Shown: positions 8,651 through 16,336, counted from the stretch's first letter. The stretch: 25,636 nucleotides of DNA from an uncultured Dehalococcoidales bacterium (GCA_964387005.1 CAYLVC010000001.1:12520-38155), one strand, 5' to 3'. Numbers and translations are program-made. Notes: generated from the letters alone by a model not told the origin.

Positions 8651-8820
8651 GCCATTCTCCTCTGATGGCATACGATACCGTCCTGAAACGACGGGCGTTC
8701 TGCCTCATTACAGGCATAAGGAGATATAGTCGACAAGGGTTGAGACAACAGTATTCTGCCTGAATTCAAAGGGACCTGTGGGAAAAGGGAACATATTGTT
8801 TCACTGTACATATTGGAGTT

Positions 8821-8849
8821 ATTTTAACATTGTGACAAAATTTTAACAA
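8821..8849 (-). promoter_or_regulatory. sigma70-type promoter for the ORF8650-carB unit
   Basis: Minus strand TTGTTA-N17-TAAAAT with extended -10 (TGtTAAAAT). Confidence 0.55.
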
Positions 8850-8902
8850 CAGTCAGTAGTTCCGGATCCAGCAATATTTATTATTATCTGAGGTTGAAAC
8901 CA

Positions 8903-9066
8903 ATACAGGTGATGGCGGCAGAGGGCTTATACCCCATCAGCATAAAAATCGCCGGCGCCATGACCGAAGGGCTGGAAGCACCCTTACCCTGATTTTGTGG
9001 GAAGGGTGCCTGGCTGCCTTCATGCTGATCATGGCGCTTATCAACCCGGCTATCAGAAAACCGGGG
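8903..9066 (+). pseudogene. Possible 3' remnant of an MFS transporter gene with a 1-nt frameshift
   Basis: One frame reads IQVMAAEGLYPISIKIAGAMTEGLEAP. A frameshift near 8985 continues as LTLILWEGCLAAFMLIMALINPAIRKP. Together these resemble the last two TM helices of DHA3-like MFS proteins. No 5' part is present. Confidence 0.4.
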
Positions 9067-9067
9067 C

Positions 9068-10447
9068 CTATCCCATTAAGGCCATCACCTGTGACACATC
9101 TTCTACGTTTTCCAGGTCGAGTATCATGTCCTTAATCCGGGTGGCTGTTTTCTCATCATAATGGGCCGTTTCGGCACAGTCCCTGTACTTGGCTTCAAAC
9201 TCTTCCGGAGACTGCGGGTTCTGGGGCTCACCTCTGGCATGTTCCACTCTGCAGCGGTAGACGTTGCCGTCATTCATCTTGAGTACCACTTCCTGTGAAC
9301 CGAAAACCCCGTTTGCCCTGTCCTGTTCTTCCATAACAAACCTTACTTTTTTCATCAACTGGCGGGGAAGAGGATCTTTAACGCCCTCATCGCTGAAATC
9401 GCTGATCTTCATTTTGCCCTGTATCAGCGCCCGTGACAGGCAGTACGGCAGGCTGAACCTGGCCTGTACACCGATCTTCGGTTCAGGCGTAGCGCTCTCC
9501 ATTTTAAGTATGGAGGGAACATGAAATTCTATTTCATCAATCTGGCGCCAATCTACATTATATTTTTTCCTGAGCTGCAGTCCGGCATCCACACCAAAAT
9601 GACCGATGTGGCAGCAGGGAAAAGCCTTGAACATCAGTCCCGGATCAATAATATTCCAGGGATTACCCAGGGCTGCTGCCTTTTCCTGCATATCTTCCTC
9701 GCTGATATCGGCCGAAGTACCGGTGAAAGCATTATAAAAGCCGCGGGGAATTTCAACGATACCATGGCGGCCCGTGTAGCCTTTATGGGCCAGCGAAGCG
9801 GCTTCGACTCCGTTCCTGGCAGCATCGCCTCCATGCAAATGCCCGGCCATGGTACCGAAATTGCGAATTAGTCCGCTGGCCATGGTGGCCCCAATACCCA
9901 GGGCTGTCTCGGTCCGATCTGCATCAAGATTCAGAATCCTGGAAACTGCTGTGACCGATCCCATTGCACCCAGTACTCCGGTCCACTCCCAACCCCTCTG
10001 CCCCACCCAGCTTTCCCTGGTCAACAGTCCCAGTTTGCCATAAGTTTCAAGGGCCAGGCAGTAAGCAGTTATCAGGTTCCTGCCCGGAATATGCAGCTTC
10101 TCGGCCATCGCCAGGGCTCCGGGCAAAGACCCCGTGGTGGGATGGGCCAGCCCGGCAACAGGATAATCCAGACAATCATCATAGTCCAGGACATGTCCGG
10201 CACTGCCGTTGGCCAGGGCGGCGAGAGAAGGACTGGCTTTAAATCTCCAGCCGATAACCGTAGCTTCGGCTGCGGACCTGTTTTCTTTAACCAGTTCGCT
10301 GATCATCCTGCCGGATGGGTCCTGGCTCCCGGCCATGGCTACACCAATAAAATCGAGAATGGCGTATTTAGCGACTTTCACCACTTCCGGCGGCAGGTCC
10401 CGGTATTGTGTATTGGCAATGAATCGAGCTAATGCATGGGTAAACAT
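9068..10447 (-). CDS. MmgE/PrpD family protein
   Basis: LARFIANTQYRDLP, ILDFIGVAMAG, ANGSAGHVLDYDD...HP, AARNGVEAASLA, KAFPCCH and GEPQNP motifs; 459 aa. RBS AAGGAGG. Confidence 0.93.
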   Translation of the reverse strand: MFTHALARFIANTQYRDLPPEVVKVAKYAILDFIGVAMAGSQDPSGRMISELVKENRSAAEATVIGWRFKASPSLAALANGSAGHVLDYDDCLDYPVAGLAHPTTGSLPGALAMAEKLHIPGRNLITAYCLALETYGKLGLLTRESWVGQRGWEWTGVLGAMGSVTAVSRILNLDADRTETALGIGATMASGLIRNFGTMAGHLHGGDAARNGVEAASLAHKGYTGRHGIVEIPRGFYNAFTGTSADISEEDMQEKAAALGNPWNIIDPGLMFKAFPCCHIGHFGVDAGLQLRKKYNVDWRQIDEIEFHVPSILKMESATPEPKIGVQARFSLPYCLSRALIQGKMKISDFSDEGVKDPLPRQLMKKVRFVMEEQDRANGVFGSQEVVLKMNDGNVYRCRVEHARGEPQNPQSPEEFEAKYRDCAETAHYDEKTATRIKDMILDLENVEDVSQVMALMG

Positions 10448-10550
10448 CCTGTCCTCCTTAAGAAATTAACGATATTGAAACCGGAAAACCTCGCTGCTTT
10501 CTGTGGGACATTGGTTAGTATATCAGTGATCCGGCATCATATTTTACTAT

Positions 10551-10579
10551 ATTATAGTGATACAAGAGGAAGATGTCAT
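10551..10579 (-). promoter_or_regulatory. sigma70 promoter of the MmgE/PrpD gene
   Basis: Minus strand ATGACA-N17-TATAAT, about 100 nt upstream of the ATG. Confidence 0.7.
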
Positions 10580-10631
10580 ATTAAATCTACAAGGGGATAT
10601 GGGGATTTCATTGCTGTATGGTTTACGGATG

Positions 10632-10659
10632 GCAAACCCGTGGCCTGCTTTATTACAGG
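10632..10659. repeat. Copy 1 of the dispersed motif GCAAACCCGTKGCCTGC-N4/6-ACAGG
   Basis: 16/17 identity to 18483-18499, and both copies are followed by ACAGG. Confidence 0.5.
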
Positions 10660-10753
10660 GGATCCATAAGGCAAAATGTACCCAACTCAAAAATAGAGTT
10701 GGTTTGCACTCCTGACTTTATGCCATATTTACTTCAGCATGATACAGAAAGGA

Positions 10754-11734
10754 TCAGGCAGCATGAACCTGTCCAGCCGGGCTTAAATCCGGATCTCCCG
10801 GCTCACGGCTGCGGGCTGACCTGAATTTTTTCACCTGTTCATCCATATTATCGTTGATTATGTCTTTCAGACGTCCTTGGGCGGCACAATAGTCCATGAC
10901 AGCCTGAGAGTTGCGGGTGTGAATATGTACCCTGACCAGCGTTTCGTCACCTACTACCAGGACGGACTCTCCCATGGTATTGATTTTTTCTCTCATTTCG
11001 GCTACAGGCAAATCGTTGCCTTCGACCAAAAACTGGAGATCAAACCCGTACACACAATTGCCGCCGGTGGGAGAATCCTGGCAGTGTGCCGCCCGGGTAT
11101 CTTTCACAGGGCTCATCTTACGGGTAATGAAAAATTTCATACCCTGCAATACATAAAACAGTCCCTTGCCGCCAGCATCCACAACCCCGGCATCCTTCAG
11201 CACTTTCAGTAATTCCGGTGTCCTGGTGACCGTGTCCCTGGCCTGCGAGGTGGCGGCGGCTATGGTTTTTTTCAGGTCAGCGCCCTCACCGGCCTGCTGC
11301 ATGGCCTTCTCTGCCGATTCACGAATGACGGTCAGGATGGTACCCTCAACCGGCTCCTGCATGGACTGGTAGGCTGCATTTGAGGCCTGTTGCAAGGCCA
11401 TGGCGAAATCAACAGCCGAAAACCTTTCCTTGTTTTCCAGACCTTTAGCCAGCCCCCGCATGATTTGAGAAAATATAACTCCGGAGTTGCCGCGAGCCCC
11501 CATCAGGGCGCCCATAGCTGCTGCTGAGCTGATTTCGGCAGCTGACGCGGTAGAGAGGTCTTTGATAGACTCGTTAGCTGACTGAAGAGTGAGGTACATG
11601 TTTATGCCGGTATCACCATCCGGTACAGGGAAGACGTTGAGCGCATTGATTTCATCGATACGTTTTTCCAGGAGCGATTCAGCCGATTTCAGAGCCTGTT
11701 TCAGGGTTTGCCCATCATACAACTTTTCTTCCAC
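10754..11734 (-). CDS. DAK2-domain protein (FakA/YloV-like), short form
   Basis: INALNVFPVPDGDTGINM, GARGNSGVIFSQ, EPVEGTILTV, VVDAGGKGL and LVRVHIHT motifs. Start placed at GTG 11734 (GGAGG 8 nt upstream) rather than 11749; 326 aa. Confidence 0.9.
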   Translation of the reverse strand: MEEKLYDGQTLKQALKSAESLLEKRIDEINALNVFPVPDGDTGINMYLTLQSANESIKDLSTASAAEISSAAAMGALMGARGNSGVIFSQIMRGLAKGLENKERFSAVDFAMALQQASNAAYQSMQEPVEGTILTVIRESAEKAMQQAGEGADLKKTIAAATSQARDTVTRTPELLKVLKDAGVVDAGGKGLFYVLQGMKFFITRKMSPVKDTRAAHCQDSPTGGNCVYGFDLQFLVEGNDLPVAEMREKINTMGESVLVVGDETLVRVHIHTRNSQAVMDYCAAQGRLKDIINDNMDEQVKKFRSARSREPGDPDLSPAGQVHAA

Positions 11735-11840
11735 CGTCTTTTCCTCCACGAAATTGCCGCCGGCGTTTTTTCATTTTTACAAGTTAAAAACATTTCTCTG
11801 TTTTTATAGTACATAGAGACTCTAGGTACTTCAGTGCAAA

Positions 11841-11869
11841 ACTATACCACTCTTTTCAGGTCCTGTCAA
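11841..11869 (-). promoter_or_regulatory. Near-consensus sigma70 promoter of the DAK2 gene
   Basis: Minus strand TTGACA-N17-TATAGT with extended -10 TG. Confidence 0.85.
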
Positions 11870-11965
11870 TAAGGAGTGTCTTGAGATGGGGTGGAATAAT
11901 GCCTTAGAGCAAACGTCCCTGGACTATATGTAACGGACTATTATATTTGTCTCTAGATAATGATT

Positions 11966-12048
11966 GGTGAGGCCTGGGTCACCTGCCGACTCCGCAAGGA
12001 GAAAAGGCGACCGGGGCCTGCTCGTCGGAGGCTCAACCAGGCCTCACC
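11966..12048 (+). ncRNA. Candidate structured RNA or palindromic element of unknown family (three-way junction)
   Basis: Closing stem GGTGAGGCCTGG/CCAGGCCTCACC (12 bp perfect). Inner arm GGTC..GCC..CTCC-GCAA-GGAG..GGC-GACC with a GNRA loop. Second hairpin GGGCC/GGCTC needs a G-U pair, which favours the + strand. Confidence 0.55.
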
Positions 12049-12084
12049 CAGTGTGTAAATTATTCAGGCAATATATAATATTTT

Positions 12085-13242
12085 TCAGTTACCCGTTAAA
12101 AACCGGTAGATGATTTCAGCCAGGTCTTCGATATCTTGTTGATACACAAACTCGTTCTTCCCGTGAATATTGCTTTCTGGACTGATCACCCCCAGTCCGA
12201 AAAACTGGCCGCCGAACTCGTTCACAACGATATTGCCCAGATCGCCCGAGCCCATCTCTCCGAACTTGCCGCCTTCTCCCGTTACCTTCTTCAAAATCCC
12301 CGCCAGCTCATCGATCAGCGGGTCAGATGCTGGAGGAACAGGCGGGATCAGGACCTCACCGGAGATTTCCCACTGCACTCCCGGTACTGAATTCAGAGCA
12401 TCCAGGATTTCATTTCTGGCTTCTTCGATATTCTCTTCCGGAATCAAACGGCGGTCAACGGATATAACACACTCATCCGGCACAATATTAACCTTGGTTC
12501 CCCCATGAACCATGTTGATATTCAGGCGGGATGTCATTTTATCCAACCCTGTTTCAGGATGAGCGGATACTGCGGACTTTCTGACGACCACCTTCTTTTT
12601 CAGTTCCAGCAGGGCATTCATCAGCGATACAGCATTTTCGACGGCATTTTCTCCCAGATGAGACAGGCCTGAGTGGACCGACTTGCCTTTCACAATAATG
12701 TCCAGGTGTATGGCGCCCAGTCCGGCGATAGAAACAAAACCGAAGCTGCAATCCAGATCAAAGAAAAAGGCGTTTTTTACCGGCTGCAAATAGCGGCTGA
12801 TGTAGCGAAGCTGGCTTGCCTGACTGTATTCCTCATCCGTTGTCAGCATAACCGAGGCATCGTAGTTCAAAGGTCTGTCCTTGCATTTTTCCAGGGCCAG
12901 CAGCAAGGCGGGGATAGCGCCTTTCATATCCGCGGACCCTCTTCCGTAGATCCGGCCGTTTTCCACCACGGGTTTAAAAGCCTCCCAGCCCTGGGCTGGC
13001 ACAACATCGATATGGGTATAGAAGATCAGCCGAGGTTTGCCGGGCTGACGACGGTGACAGATCAGATTGACACGGCCTTCTCTGCCTTCTGCTTCTTCAA
13101 CAGGGATTTCGATCCTTTGAGTTTCAAAACCGACCTGCGAAAACAGCGGCTGAAGATAATCTATGACCCGGCCGTAGTTATTGCCGGGAGGCACTGTAGT
13201 GTCAATCGCTATAAGATCTTTTAGTATCTTGATATGGTCCAT
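12085..13242 (-). CDS. M20 family metallopeptidase, ArgE/DapE-type deacylase
   Basis: HIDVVP, GRGSADMKG, DEE, GKSVHSG, NIVPDEC and IHGKNE motifs. ATG 13242 preferred (GGGAG upstream). Confidence 0.92.
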   Translation of the reverse strand: MDHIKILKDLIAIDTTVPPGNNYGRVIDYLQPLFSQVGFETQRIEIPVEEAEGREGRVNLICHRRQPGKPRLIFYTHIDVVPAQGWEAFKPVVENGRIYGRGSADMKGAIPALLLALEKCKDRPLNYDASVMLTTDEEYSQASQLRYISRYLQPVKNAFFFDLDCSFGFVSIAGLGAIHLDIIVKGKSVHSGLSHLGENAVENAVSLMNALLELKKKVVVRKSAVSAHPETGLDKMTSRLNINMVHGGTKVNIVPDECVISVDRRLIPEENIEEARNEILDALNSVPGVQWEISGEVLIPPVPPASDPLIDELAGILKKVTGEGGKFGEMGSGDLGNIVVNEFGGQFFGLGVISPESNIHGKNEFVYQQDIEDLAEIIYRFLTGN

Positions 13243-13340
13243 ATTTCTCCCTCTCAATTACCGGCTCTAATAATGATTTTAGTTAAAGAACGACAGTTTC
13301 ACAAATATTCATAAAATATCTATTTAACCGGCTTAACCTG

Positions 13341-13349
13341 TGATATAAT
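13341..13349 (+). promoter_or_regulatory. Extended -10 promoter element upstream of the first receiver gene
   Basis: TGaTATAAT, 145 nt before ATG 13495; no good -35. Confidence 0.6.
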
Positions 13350-13494
13350 GGGGCCAATCCGATCGTATCCGTTCTCCGTTCCTGATCCAGGCCGAACTCA
13401 TTATACCCTGAAAAAGCGGAATACGAAAATAGCGTAGGCGGCTGACGTCCTCCGACAAAGTTTTAACTACCTTTTGAAAAAGGAGCTGATACTG

Positions 13495-14229
13495 ATGTTT
13501 AGAATCCTGGCATTAGGCAGAGAGGAAGCCACTCTCTGGGTGGAAAACAGCTGTAATCAAAGGAACATGGAAGTATTGCGTCTGAGGGCTTTACCCGATA
13601 ATATGAGCGCCTTAAGACAGGAAAATTTTAACCTGGCAGTAGTAGACCATAAAGCAGAAGACATAAAGAATGTGTGCTTCAGGCTCATCTGGCTGGGCCG
13701 TACACGGGTCGCAGTCCTGAACGGAGATCTCCAGGGAGACGAACCGGATGAGCTTAGAGCCCTGGGTGTCGATTCCTTTCTATCCGACAAAATGGATAAG
13801 TCCCAGCTGGCAGCCGGTATTGCGAAGATTGCAGCTCAAGAAAGCCCGGTATTCCACCCTATCAAGGTACTGGTTGTTGAGGATGATAAATATGTCCGTG
13901 AAGCCATCCGGCTCTGCTTCAAGCTATTCTGGCCTGAAGCAAAAATCTTTTTTGCAGATGACGGACACAGGGGCATAGACTACATCAGAAACACTCCTCT
14001 TGATATTGTAATTCTGGACCTGGGCTTGCCGGACATCACCGGTTACGATGTCCTCAAACGCATCAGGGTTTTCAGCCAGGTACCGGTTGTTATTCTCAGC
14101 GCCGCACGGGAGAAGGGAAACATCATAGAAGCCATACAGTACGGGGCTAATGACTATATCGTCAAGCCCTTCAAGCAAATTGAACTGATCCCACGTATAA
14201 AAAAGTTTGCAGGATATCAGCCTGAATAA
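13495..14229 (+). CDS. Tandem pseudo-receiver + receiver domain protein (no output domain), paralog 1
   Basis: Canonical C-terminal REC: VLVVEDD, VILDLGLPD, VILS, GANDYIVKPF. Degenerate N-terminal REC: ILALG, NLAVVD, GVDSFL. Start ATG 13495 (AAGGAG 9 nt upstream, and alignment with paralog 2). Confidence 0.88.
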   Translation: MFRILALGREEATLWVENSCNQRNMEVLRLRALPDNMSALRQENFNLAVVDHKAEDIKNVCFRLIWLGRTRVAVLNGDLQGDEPDELRALGVDSFLSDKMDKSQLAAGIAKIAAQESPVFHPIKVLVVEDDKYVREAIRLCFKLFWPEAKIFFADDGHRGIDYIRNTPLDIVILDLGLPDITGYDVLKRIRVFSQVPVVILSAAREKGNIIEAIQYGANDYIVKPFKQIELIPRIKKFAGYQPE

Positions 14230-14341
14230 CTATCAGCTTCCGGCTTCGGGCGTTCTTTTAGACCGGGCGCTCTTTTCGACCCTGTCAATAATGCCAGCAT
14301 GTAGATTTCATGGTAATATTGTGATCTTTTTTTTACCTGGT

Positions 14342-14405
14342 TGTAACCTTTTTATCACATTTCCCGACCTGCTGTAACCGCTTTTTAACATTAAGGTAAT
14401 ATACT
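14342..14405 (+). promoter_or_regulatory. Probable activator-dependent promoter with two 11-bp-period direct-repeat boxes
   Basis: TGTAAC-N5-TATCAC (14342-14358), TGTAAC-N5-TTTAAC (14373-14389), then 10 nt, then TATACT (14400-14405). No consensus -35. Confidence 0.5.
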
Positions 14406-14428
14406 AGCAAGTAGAAAGGAGGCCGGAA

Positions 14429-15184
14429 ATGGAACTAAAAGTATTGGCAATAGGCAACAACAACGTAACCCGGCGGGTTGCCAGGTCTCTGGAAGGCAGC
14501 GGAATAAATTTTGTATGCCGCAACGATTTTGCTGAAGCCGTCAGCCTCCTGAAAAAAGAGAAATTCGATCTGGCATTGCTGGACGGTTATAGCCCAAATC
14601 TGGAAACCAACTGCTACCGTCTTACCTGGCAATGCCGCACACCTGTAGCCCTGATTATTAAAGGCAACGAAGCGGACTGGAATATATTGAGATCGCTGGA
14701 TGTAGATGGCTATATACCCGAAGAGGCCAGGAACATCGAACTGATTGCCCATTTCTCGGCAATTGCGAGGCGCAGCAACCAGCAAATGACCAGAGCCAAT
14801 ATCCTGGTTATCGAGGATGATGAGCAGACCCAGGAAGCCCTGAAACTCTCTTTCCAGATTTACTGGCCGGAGGCTACAATCACCAGCGCCACACAGGGAG
14901 AAGACGGTTTATACCTGGCACGCAGTGAAGAAAGGGATGCCATTCTGCTCGATCTGAAACTGCCGGATATTTCCGGACTGGATGTACTGAAAAGAATCCG
15001 CACCTTCAGCCTTGCACCCGTGATTGTAGTTACTGCCAATAAAAACCAGGATGACATCATCCAGACCATCGGAGCGGGAGCTAATGATTATATCCTGAAA
15101 CCGTTTAAACAACTCGAGCTGATGTCGCGCATCAGGCAACAGATCAACCTGGGAGTGTCTGCCCTGCGATACAGCTACAACTAG
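14429..15184 (+). CDS. Tandem pseudo-receiver + receiver domain protein (no output domain), paralog 2
   Basis: C-terminal REC: ILVIEDD, ILLDLKLPD, VIVVT, GANDYILKPF. Degenerate N-terminal REC: VLAIG, DLALLD, DVDGYI. RBS AAGGAGG. Confidence 0.9.
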   Translation: MELKVLAIGNNNVTRRVARSLEGSGINFVCRNDFAEAVSLLKKEKFDLALLDGYSPNLETNCYRLTWQCRTPVALIIKGNEADWNILRSLDVDGYIPEEARNIELIAHFSAIARRSNQQMTRANILVIEDDEQTQEALKLSFQIYWPEATITSATQGEDGLYLARSEERDAILLDLKLPDISGLDVLKRIRTFSLAPVIVVTANKNQDDIIQTIGAGANDYILKPFKQLELMSRIRQQINLGVSALRYSYN

Positions 15185-15203
15185 CATCTTGAAGTAAGAA
15201 AGG

Positions 15204-15464
15204 ATGGATGAAATGAACACGACTAATACGAGCACAACCTGGGACCTGATTGAAGGAAAGATGCTGGAATTACGCATCCTCACCAATGCCAACTGGAAGA
15301 GTTCGGAATGGGAACTGGCCGCACTGGGCGAGCGAGTGCTGCGAACGGTGGAAATGGCCAAGGCTGAATCAGAGAAACTGAGAGCTGATGCCGAGCATCT
15401 CCAGGAATCCATGGACAGCCTGAAAAAAGAATGGGAATACAGGCAAATCTTCGATATCAAGTAG
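15204..15464 (+). CDS. Hypothetical small coiled-coil protein
   Basis: 19 nt after paralog 2 on the same strand. Helical, heptad-like C-terminal half (AKAESEKLRADAEHLQESMDSLKKE). True start may be ATG 15213. Confidence 0.7.
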   Translation: MDEMNTTNTSTTWDLIEGKMLELRILTNANWKSSEWELAALGERVLRTVEMAKAESEKLRADAEHLQESMDSLKKEWEYRQIFDIK

Positions 15465-15560
15465 AACGGGCTTCATTATCAGAAAATAAGGCCAAAAGAG
15501 GTGAAAATTCACCCCTTCCCCTGTTTCAGGTTGTTTTTATCCGGTTGACAAAACCAGACT

Positions 15561-16316
15561 TCAACCGGCGGTCCATCCGCCGTCGATAACCATCTCAGAA
15601 CCAGTTACATACCTGGACTCATCCGAAGCCAGGTAGAGCACTCCGTAAGCCACATCATCGGGTTCTCCCATGAAACCTACAGGTTGTTTTTCCATTACGG
15701 CTTTGGCGGAATCAGGGTCATCGATAATCCACTGGGTCATCGGAGTCCTGATCACCCCCGGATGGACGGAGTTGACGCGAATATTATAGCTATGGCCCGC
15801 CCTGGAAAACTCTATGGCAGCAGCTTTGGTCAACAGCCTTACCCCACCTTTACTGGCATTATAGGGTGATGAATCACTGGTGCCGATAATGCCCCCGGCG
15901 GAGGAAAGATTAATAATGGAACCGCCCCCGTTCTTTTTCATAGGTGCGATGGCAGCTTTAATACCCAGGAATACCCCATCCAAATTAACGGCAATAACCC
16001 GCCGCCAGCTTTCCAGAGTGGTATCCTCAATACTTTGATTGTGGAAAATACCTGCGCAATTGACCAGTATATCCAGTTTCTGGAAACGTTCAAGCGTGGT
16101 TTTCATAACCTGTGCCCAATCGCTTTCACTGGTTACATCCAGTTTGGCAAACAAAGCCCGGATACCGATTGCTTCAGCCGCTTTTCTGCCGTCCGCCTCA
16201 TTGATGTCAGCCAGCACAACAGAAGCGCCTTCCCTGGCCAACAGCAACGATATGGCTTTGCCCAGTCCACTGGCAGCGCCCGTTACCACAGCTACTTTAC
16301 CCTGAACACGCTCCAT
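15561..16316 (-). CDS. Classical short-chain dehydrogenase/reductase (3alpha,20beta-HSD / cyclopentanol dehydrogenase-like)
   Basis: TGAASGLG, DVT, LVNCAG, NLSS, YNASK, IRVNSVHPG and DGG motifs. RBS AGGAGG; 20 nt downstream of the U32 gene. Confidence 0.95.
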   Translation of the reverse strand: MERVQGKVAVVTGAASGLGKAISLLLAREGASVVLADINEADGRKAAEAIGIRALFAKLDVTSESDWAQVMKTTLERFQKLDILVNCAGIFHNQSIEDTTLESWRRVIAVNLDGVFLGIKAAIAPMKKNGGGSIINLSSAGGIIGTSDSSPYNASKGGVRLLTKAAAIEFSRAGHSYNIRVNSVHPGVIRTPMTQWIIDDPDSAKAVMEKQPVGFMGEPDDVAYGVLYLASDESRYVTGSEMVIDGGWTAG

Positions 16317-16336
16317 TTTCTCCTCCTGAATAATCT

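Noticed and set aside
8703-8722. PyrR-binding loop upstream of carB
   Set aside because: TGCCTGTAATGAGGCA shares only the GAGGC arm with the AGUCC-NGNG-AGGCU consensus, and no terminator/antiterminator set is visible.
10631-10676. c-di-GMP-I-like GGCAAACC...GGGA...GCAAA
   Set aside because: No GAAA tetraloop stem or GGGACGCAAAGC junction, and the orientation is opposite to the flanking genes. Kept only as an unexplained repeated motif.
10436-10824. Short intergenic ORFs 10436-10669 (-) and 10618-10824 (+), and likewise 4806-5033, 4906-5094 and 11589-11816
   Set aside because: No RBS; they run across promoters, terminators or REP elements and show no protein-like features.
11968-12050. tRNA interpretation of the 83-nt element (it can end ...CCCA)
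   Set aside because: No TTCG T-loop, no 7-nt anticodon loop, and it would need a U at position 1.
13381-13438. TPP-riboswitch-like words CCTGATC and AGCGTAGG in the receiver-gene leader
   Set aside because: No upstream GCTGAGA, the spacing is far too long, the P5 TAAT loop is absent, and the downstream gene is unrelated to thiamine.
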